Below, piece after piece: positions 58,241 to 64,000 of a stretch of 64,000 nt of DNA. This stretch comes from Hadesarchaea archaeon. GTDB lineage: Archaea > Hadarchaeota > Hadarchaeia > Hadarchaeales > Hadarchaeaceae. The notes under the pieces were generated by a model, which saw only the letters and a list, made by a program, of their open reading frames with translations, did no database searches and was not told the DNA's origin. Numbering within the stretch: position 1 is the first letter of the stretch; every line of letters begins with the position of its first letter. The stretch is taken from assembly GCA_030601675.1 (NCBI GenBank), contig JAUWBN010000001.1, forward strand, positions 11,027-75,026, given 5' to 3'. A program made the translations under genes and the position numbers.

Positions 58241-59495
58241 CCGCGCCACCTCCAAATAGGATAACTTCGACGGCCTCGCCCTCCCCGACGATTTCCCGCT
58301 CGAGCGGCACGTCCACGTACCCATCCGCGAACGAGAGCGCAGTTATCGCCCCCGAGCCCTTGAGGAGGGGTTCGGCGTGAACTTCCCGCCCCCTTCGAAC
58401 GAGCTTCACGGGCACGAGCTCCCGTCGCCCCCGCGCCGAGAGGATTTTTGACGCCAGCCTCGCTCGAACCCTCGCTCGCTCCGCTGGAGGCAGGCCGCTC
58501 AGATGCCGCAGGTAGGGCGCGACCAACTGATCGAAGACCATTAGCGCGGAAACCGGGTACCCTGGGAGGCCGAACACGGGTTTGCCCCGCACGAGGGCCA
58601 CGAACGTGGGCTTGCCGGGCCTGAGCGCCAGCCCGTGGACCAAAACTCCGGGGTTGCCGAGCCCATCGACGACGCTCGGCGCAACATCGCCGGCCCCAGC
58701 CGAGGACCCCCCCGAGAGCACGACTACATCGCAGGTGGCCAGCCCCCGCTTGAGAAGGGTTGCCAGGCTGCGGGGCTCATCCCTAGCGATGCCGAGGTAG
58801 CTGGCCTCGCCCCCGCAGAGCTCGACGGCTCGACAGATCGCCGGGCCGTTGACATCGTAGATCTTTCCTCGCTTGAGCGGGGAACCGGCGCCGACCAGCT
58901 CGATGCCGCTCGATACCACCGCGACTTTTGGGGGCGAGTACACTTTGACGTGCTTTCTTCCTATCGCTGCGATCGTCCCGAGCACTTGAGGGGTTATCAT
59001 TTTTCCTGCGTTCAAAACCTTCGTTCCACGTTTGACCTCCGAACCTCGCTCGGCGATGTTCTCCCCGGGGGCAACCGCACGGAAAACCCGAACGACCTTT
59101 GCCCTCGCCGTCGAGTATTCGAGCATTACCACGGCGTTCGCACCTCTCGGCACCGGTGCCCCAGTATCGATCTCGACACACTGCCCCCTGCTGATCTTAA
59201 ACTTCGGCCACTCGCCAGCGCGCACGCTACCCACCCGGGTGAGTTCAACGAGCGATTCCTCCCCTGCGCCAAATGTGTCCGCAGCGCGAACCGCATAGCC
59301 ATCAAACGCAGCGCGATCGAACGGCGGAACATCTATCCTAGAGAGGACATCCTCGGCCAGCACCCGCCCGGCGGCCTCTCCCAGCAGCACTTCAACCTCG
59401 CGGGGGCGGAGCCTCCAGCGTTTTTCAAGCGCTGCACGGGCCTCCTCGATCGTCACCACGCGTAGAAAGCTCGACATTCTAATCCTGATAGCCAA
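58233..59495 (-). CDS. moeA: Molybdopterin molybdenumtransferase MoeA
   Basis: MoeA domain pattern (GYAVRAADT, GEWPKF, SGGSSAG). Confidence 0.85.
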   Translation of the reverse strand: MAIRIRMSSFLRVVTIEEARAALEKRWRLRPREVEVLLGEAAGRVLAEDVLSRIDVPPFDRAAFDGYAVRAADTFGAGEESLVELTRVGSVRAGEWPKFKISRGQCVEIDTGAPVPRGANAVVMLEYSTARAKVVRVFRAVAPGENIAERGSEVKRGTKVLNAGKMITPQVLGTIAAIGRKHVKVYSPPKVAVVSSGIELVGAGSPLKRGKIYDVNGPAICRAVELCGGEASYLGIARDEPRSLATLLKRGLATCDVVVLSGGSSAGAGDVAPSVVDGLGNPGVLVHGLALRPGKPTFVALVRGKPVFGLPGYPVSALMVFDQLVAPYLRHLSGLPPAERARVRARLASKILSARGRRELVPVKLVRRGREVHAEPLLKGSGAITALSFADGYVDVPLEREIVGEGEAVEVILFGGGAVG

Positions 59496-60040
59496 TTAAG
59501 CGCTGAGCTTAAAGTTTACCGCTAAATTAAACGTGGATAGTTAACCTCCAAAGAAAAGGTTGGGGGTCACTACTAACTATGAAAAACTACAACCACGCGC
59601 GAGGAGGAAAAAATTTTGCGCGGCACCAAAGGTTTGTGAAGCAATCTTTTTTGTCCAAGCCCAGATAGCTCACAAAGGTTTAAATAGGGAATTTCAAAAA
59701 AAGGCTAAATGCGGGGAAGAAGCCAGCAAAGAAGGCTGAACCTTCGCCCAAGGGCGCGGGGGAACCGCGGAGAAACCTAGCGCGGCTAGGGAAGGCTGCG
59801 GATAAAGTGCGCGGTGGTGCGCGTCGAAGCCGAGGTGCTGGAAAGAGATCTCGCGGCGAAAAGCGCGGGTAGGGATGACCGAACCGCCGCGGAGTAGGTG
59901 CGTGATCGAATCCCCGCACTTTTTCTTCAAGATTTTCCAATATTTTACGAAGCTTCAAGGAATACTTTTAATCACGCTAGACGGAAACGCCAAAGGGAGG
60001 CTGTGGGCGAAGAAAGACCAGAGATTAAGAAGGTCAAAAG

Positions 60041-60925
60041 ATGAGTTTGAAGTCTAAAATTTCTATTTCCATTTTAATGTGTTTGTTACTGACTTTCTCC
60101 ATCTACTCCACGCAGGTTCCCAGCGTGCATGCATGGGCTTGGGATACCCATCGATTCGTTGATAATAGGGCAATCGAGCTTATGCCTGATAATTTGGATT
60201 GGTTTTTCTCAACGTATTCGAGCGTCATTATTGAATACTCTATTAAACCCGACCAGTGGAAAAACCTCGACACTTATGAGCAAAACTGCAGGCATTGGTA
60301 TCACGTCGATGAGCCCGAGGGTGAGAACGAATATTATCGAGGCGGTCTTCCTAATAACTGGAATACATTAGGGGAAGGCGTGCTACCCTGGGTCGTGGAG
60401 GATAATTTTGCTATGCTCGTTCAGAGTTTGAGAGATGAGGACTGGAACCACGCGGCACAGCTGATGGGCGTCATAAGCCATTACACCACTGACGCCACCA
60501 TGCCCCTTCACGCGACCTCCGATTACTGGCTCGACGGCATGCACACAACATACGAGCGCAAAGTGGACAGTCGCCTAGGCGAGATATCGATCCCGGATTA
60601 CGTGCCCCAAGAGCTCGACAACATTTTCGAGGCGACGATGGCGGTGCTCGAGGAAAGCTACGGGTTCACAGGTCACACTGAGAACGATCTGAGCTACTGG
60701 TTGAGGCAGTACACCAGTTGGAACCCCGCCATACGAAATATCACGGAGAACAGATTAGGCTCGGCCGTCCAGTTCACGGCAAACCTTTGGTACACCGCGA
60801 TAATTCAAGCAGATTTGGAAACTTCTCCCCCCACCTCCGAGGGGCTACCTATCGTTGTTATCATGGCGATCGTAACGATTGCAATAGTCGGTGCTGTGTC
60901 GGTGCTCTACATCAAAAGACGTTAA
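60041..60925 (+). CDS. Secreted zinc-dependent phospholipase C / S1-P1 nuclease superfamily protein with C-terminal membrane anchor
   Basis: Signal peptide followed by WAWDTHRF at the predicted mature N-terminus (Zn-ligand Trp/His as in PLC/P1). Later His/Asp clusters. C-terminal TM helix plus KRR. Confidence 0.55.
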   Translation: MSLKSKISISILMCLLLTFSIYSTQVPSVHAWAWDTHRFVDNRAIELMPDNLDWFFSTYSSVIIEYSIKPDQWKNLDTYEQNCRHWYHVDEPEGENEYYRGGLPNNWNTLGEGVLPWVVEDNFAMLVQSLRDEDWNHAAQLMGVISHYTTDATMPLHATSDYWLDGMHTTYERKVDSRLGEISIPDYVPQELDNIFEATMAVLEESYGFTGHTENDLSYWLRQYTSWNPAIRNITENRLGSAVQFTANLWYTAIIQADLETSPPTSEGLPIVVIMAIVTIAIVGAVSVLYIKRR

Positions 60926-60962
60926 GTCACAGGTGCAGGTGGGATTGTTCCCAACCTAATCT

Positions 60963-62870
60963 TCACGGTAACTTCCCTGCTTTGGCGAGTTGCTTCGCCA
61001 CATCTTTGAGCCCGAGCGTCTTTAAGCGTGAGCGGGGAATCCAACCGGTTTTGCGATCCCAGCCCCGAAGTTTGTAGTACTGCCGAAGCATGTAGTCGAG
61101 CTCGACCACGTGCCCCTCGCAGGGACCCGCGGGGGCCGGTTCCTTGATTAAGCGCTCGGGCAGGCGATCATCCTCGGCGGTGACCCCCTCTCGGATGTCG
61201 AATGCCCGCTCGAGGGTGAAGATGCGCTCACCGATTGTGCGAAGCTCTCGTTCGGTATAGCGGATGCCGGTCGCTGCCGTCAACGCCGCGGCGAAATCGG
61301 CGAAGTAAAACGCGGGGGGCCAGACCGCACCGAACTTGCAGGCCACCAGCGAGTCGACCACCGCGCAGAAGTTCTCCCCATCTCGCACCATAAGCGCCTT
61401 GTGTTTGGGATTGAGCCTATCGGCGGCCTCCGGCATCACCCGGCGGCCAAATCGTTTTTCAATCTCCTCGACGAAGCCGACCTCGCTCAGCACCTCGAAG
61501 GAAGTCAGGTGGTCCGCCCCGCGGTTCGCCGTGGCGTGCGAGAGCCCCATAGATTTCTGCGCCCGCCCGTCCTGCGCTGGCTCGTCCATCCCCTTCACGA
61601 CCATCGTGAACCTTTCTGCCTCCTTGCCGAATCCCTTCGCGAACCTAGCTGTCCCCTCGGCGAGCTTTGCGCCGAAGCCCTCTCGTCTGGCGATTTTCCC
61701 GATACATTCGATGATCGCGTCGGCATTCCCCCAGCGCAGCTCGATGCCATCGGTCTCGCGCTTCGTCAGCAGGCCGCGCTCGTAGCACTCCATCGCGAAG
61801 GCAATCACGCCGCCGCACGATATCGTGTCGAGGCCGTAGAGGTTGCAGAGCCTGTTCGCGTAGAGGATCCCTTCGAGGTCGGCGTTCCCGCAGCGCCCGC
61901 CTAAGCTCGACAGCGTCTCGTACTCGATTTTCCCCTCCGAGGGTCGCTCACCGCCAGGCACCCGCACAAAATTCTCGCAGCGCAGCGGGCAGGAGAAGCA
62001 CGCGCGGTCCTTTACCTTGAACTCGCGAACTATCCGCTCGCCGCCGATCTGCGCCGCGTGCTCGAAGACCCCGCTCTGGAAGTTGCGAGTGGGAAAGCGC
62101 CCAATCTCGGTCATTAGTTCAACAAGAATTGTCGTGCCATACTTGGTTGTCGATACCGAAAACTTGTGCTGAAGCAGCTTCTTGTACCCAGCGCTCGCGA
62201 GGCGCTCCAGTTGCTCGAGATCAGCAACCTCTACATCTAGACTGCCTCGCACGGCAACTGCCTTCAGCCGCTTCGAACCCATCACTGCGCCTAACCCAGT
62301 GCGTGCAGCGGCGCGGTAGTTTGTCATGATGCACGAAAAGCGGACGAGGTTCTCGCCAGCTTGGCCGATGGAGGCGACCTGAGCATCTCCTCCGTGCTTT
62401 TCCTTCAGCACGGCCTCGGTTTCCAGAGCCGAGCGACCCCAGAGCTGCTTGGCATCCCTGAGCTCGGCCTTGCCATCCTCGACGAAAAGGTAAACAGGTT
62501 TGGGTGAACGGCCCCGGACGATTATCGCGTCGAACCCAGCGTGCTTGAGCTCGGCCCCCCAGTGGCCACCCGAGTTGGCCTCGCCGTAGAGTCCGGTCAG
62601 CGGGGACTTCGCGGCAACTTCGTATCGACCGGTTTGGGGCCAGATCGTGCCCGAAAGGGGGCCCACCGCAAACACGAGCACATTCGCCGGGCCGATGGGA
62701 TCCGTCTTAGGCTTGATGAGGTCGAACAACAACCTGGCGCAAAAACCATTGCCCCCAATGTAACTTCTCGCAAGCTCCTCCTGCAACTTCTGTGCGATTG
62801 CCTTCCCGCGGGTTAAATCAACTTGAAGCAAGCGCCCAGCGTAGCCGCCCAAGGGGAACTTCCCAACCAA
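60963..62870 (-). CDS. aor: Tungsten-containing aldehyde:ferredoxin oxidoreductase (AOR family)
   Basis: AOR N-terminal pattern (GYAGRLLQVDLTRG) and Cys ligands for the 4Fe-4S cluster. 635 aa. Confidence 0.85.
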   Translation of the reverse strand: MVGKFPLGGYAGRLLQVDLTRGKAIAQKLQEELARSYIGGNGFCARLLFDLIKPKTDPIGPANVLVFAVGPLSGTIWPQTGRYEVAAKSPLTGLYGEANSGGHWGAELKHAGFDAIIVRGRSPKPVYLFVEDGKAELRDAKQLWGRSALETEAVLKEKHGGDAQVASIGQAGENLVRFSCIMTNYRAAARTGLGAVMGSKRLKAVAVRGSLDVEVADLEQLERLASAGYKKLLQHKFSVSTTKYGTTILVELMTEIGRFPTRNFQSGVFEHAAQIGGERIVREFKVKDRACFSCPLRCENFVRVPGGERPSEGKIEYETLSSLGGRCGNADLEGILYANRLCNLYGLDTISCGGVIAFAMECYERGLLTKRETDGIELRWGNADAIIECIGKIARREGFGAKLAEGTARFAKGFGKEAERFTMVVKGMDEPAQDGRAQKSMGLSHATANRGADHLTSFEVLSEVGFVEEIEKRFGRRVMPEAADRLNPKHKALMVRDGENFCAVVDSLVACKFGAVWPPAFYFADFAAALTAATGIRYTERELRTIGERIFTLERAFDIREGVTAEDDRLPERLIKEPAPAGPCEGHVVELDYMLRQYYKLRGWDRKTGWIPRSRLKTLGLKDVAKQLAKAGKLP

Positions 62871-62920
62871 GATACCACCTCAAAAAATAGGTGTTGAGAA
62901 ATTAAAAAGGTTCTGAACTG

Positions 62921-64000
62921 TCAAAGCGCCGGCAAAAGTGTCTTTATCTCCCAATCGCTGACTTGGGCCCTGTAGCTGTCCCACTCCTGCCCCTTGATGT
63001 AGAGGAAGTGGCTGAAGATATGCTCCCCCAGCGCCTCTCGCACCAGGCTGCTTTGCCGCATGCAATCGAGCGCCTCCCCCAAATTCTCAGGGAGCGACCC
63101 TATGCCCAAGGCCTCTCGCTCCTCGAGGCTCATGTGGAAGATATCTTTTTCGACGGGGTCGGAAGGGTCTATTTTGTCCTCGATGCCCTTGAACCCGGCC
63201 GCGAGCATTACCACGAACTGCAGGTAAGGGTTACCAACGGGATCGGGGTTGCGGAGTTCGATGCGCGTGCTTGCGCCCCTTCCGGCTGGCACCCGGATGA
63301 AGGCGCTGCGGTTGCGGTTGGCCCATGAGGTGTAAACGGGCGCCTCGTATCCCGGCACCAGGCGCTTGTACGAGTTGACCGATGAAGCTAGAATCGCGCA
63401 CGTTTCGCGCGCGTGTTTAATCAGCCCCCCGATGAAGTAGAGGGCGTTCTTGCTCAGCTTGTACGAACCCTTTGGGTCGTAGAATGCGCTCTTTCCCTCT
63501 GGGGTCATCAGCGATTGGTGAACGTGCATCCCAGAGCCGTTCTCACCGAAGAGGGGCTTTGGCATGAAGGTCGCGTAGAGGCCGTGTTTATAACCGATGG
63601 TCTTGGTGACGTACTTCAACATGGCGACGCGGTCGGCCGACGCGATTGCATCAGTATACTTCAGGTCGATCTCGTGCTGCCCTGGGGCTACCTCGTGGTG
63701 CGAGGCCTCGACGTCGAACCCCATCGCGTTCAAGTAGGTCATAATTTCCTTTCGAACGTTGTCCCCCCGGTCGCGCATGAGGTCGAAGTATCCCCCGGAG
63801 TCGGAGGGCTTGGTCGTGGGGTCCCCTCGCTCGTCTGGCATCAGGAAGAAAAACTCGTACTCGGGGGCGGTGTTGAAGATCCAGCCCTTCTTGCGGACTT
63901 TTTCCATAAGCCTCTCGAGCGACGCGCGCGGGTCACCATCGAATCGGTTGCCCTCGTGGTCGTAGACATCGCAAACCATCCGTGCAGTTTTTAGGTTATC
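62921..64000 (-). CDS. glnA: Glutamine synthetase type I (5' end beyond the window)
   Basis: GS catalytic domain motifs (SGMHVHQS, NRSAFIRVP). The ORF continues open to the window edge. Confidence 0.85.
   Translation of the reverse strand, partial: DNLKTARMVCDVYDHEGNRFDGDPRASLERLMEKVRKKGWIFNTAPEYEFFFLMPDERGDPTTKPSDSGGYFDLMRDRGDNVRKEIMTYLNAMGFDVEASHHEVAPGQHEIDLKYTDAIASADRVAMLKYVTKTIGYKHGLYATFMPKPLFGENGSGMHVHQSLMTPEGKSAFYDPKGSYKLSKNALYFIGGLIKHARETCAILASSVNSYKRLVPGYEAPVYTSWANRNRSAFIRVPAGRGASTRIELRNPDPVGNPYLQFVVMLAAGFKGIEDKIDPSDPVEKDIFHMSLEEREALGIGSLPENLGEALDCMRQSSLVREALGEHIFSHFLYIKGQEWDSYRAQVSDWEIKTLLPAL

Noticed and set aside
59700-59920. Identification of the GC-rich island as RNase P RNA or SRP RNA
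   Set aside because: The universally conserved RNase P P4 sequence (GGAAAGTCCGG...ACAGAA) and the SRP helix-8 motif (GGUCCGGAAGGAAGCAGCC) are not present on either strand.
59680-59958. 92-aa and 78-aa minus-strand ORFs inside the GC-rich intergenic island
   Set aside because: Pro/Arg/Ala-rich, no RBS, and no similarity to anything recognisable. The region is better explained as non-coding (see finding).
1-64000. CRISPR arrays, rRNA genes, IS transposases or integrases
   Set aside because: No regularly spaced identical repeats with unique spacers, no rRNA-like conserved segments and no transposase or integrase motifs were found. The repeats present are coding tandem repeats or short operator-like direct repeats.

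Overview
This window looks like a euryarchaeal chromosomal segment of roughly 62% GC. Translation is handled by an archaeal release factor aRF1 (GGQ), the GatD/GatE amidotransferase and archaeal-type GlyRS, and the window also encodes Elp3, Hel308 and a histone. Most genes carry GGAGG-type ribosome-binding sites and several have TTG/GTG starts. Most of the window is densely packed housekeeping genes. Sulfur and thiamine metabolism is represented by a SufB/D fragment, a ThiI-like PP-loop protein, Thi4 and a LarE-like protein. There are three tRNAs (Cys-GCA, Ile-GAU, Ala-CGC with G3:U70). Other core genes include ValRS, UMP kinase, aRF1, SAH hydrolase with an MtaD-like deaminase, MetRS, GlyRS, purA and purB, Sec61beta, HtpX, NagB, GatE/GatD, GTP-PEPCK, Lrp regulators, the Rad50-Mre11 operon, the RFC large subunit, a MoeA-MobB-MoaA cluster with an overlapping truA, a tungsten AOR and a partial GlnA. 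Embedded in this backbone are several compositionally distinct low-GC patches. The first (51.3-55.8 kb) pairs an unusual N6/N4-type methyltransferase with a 1115-aa uncharacterised soluble protein and is the best candidate for an undescribed system. The second is a ~1.7 kb AT-rich island (23.4-25.1 kb) encoding an I-DmoI-like LAGLIDADG endonuclease homolog flanked by HTH domains, and the island runs into the 3' end of glyS. The third holds secreted or anchored proteins (a beta-helix repeat protein, a 600+ aa surface protein, a zinc PLC/P1-nuclease-like protein). Other points of note are direct-repeat arrays in front of a small RHH-like gene, a GC-rich unexplained intergenic island near 59.7 kb, a single TBP-fold-like ORF next to the histone gene, and an anomalous metG start. 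No CRISPR array, rRNA or identifiable transposase was seen.
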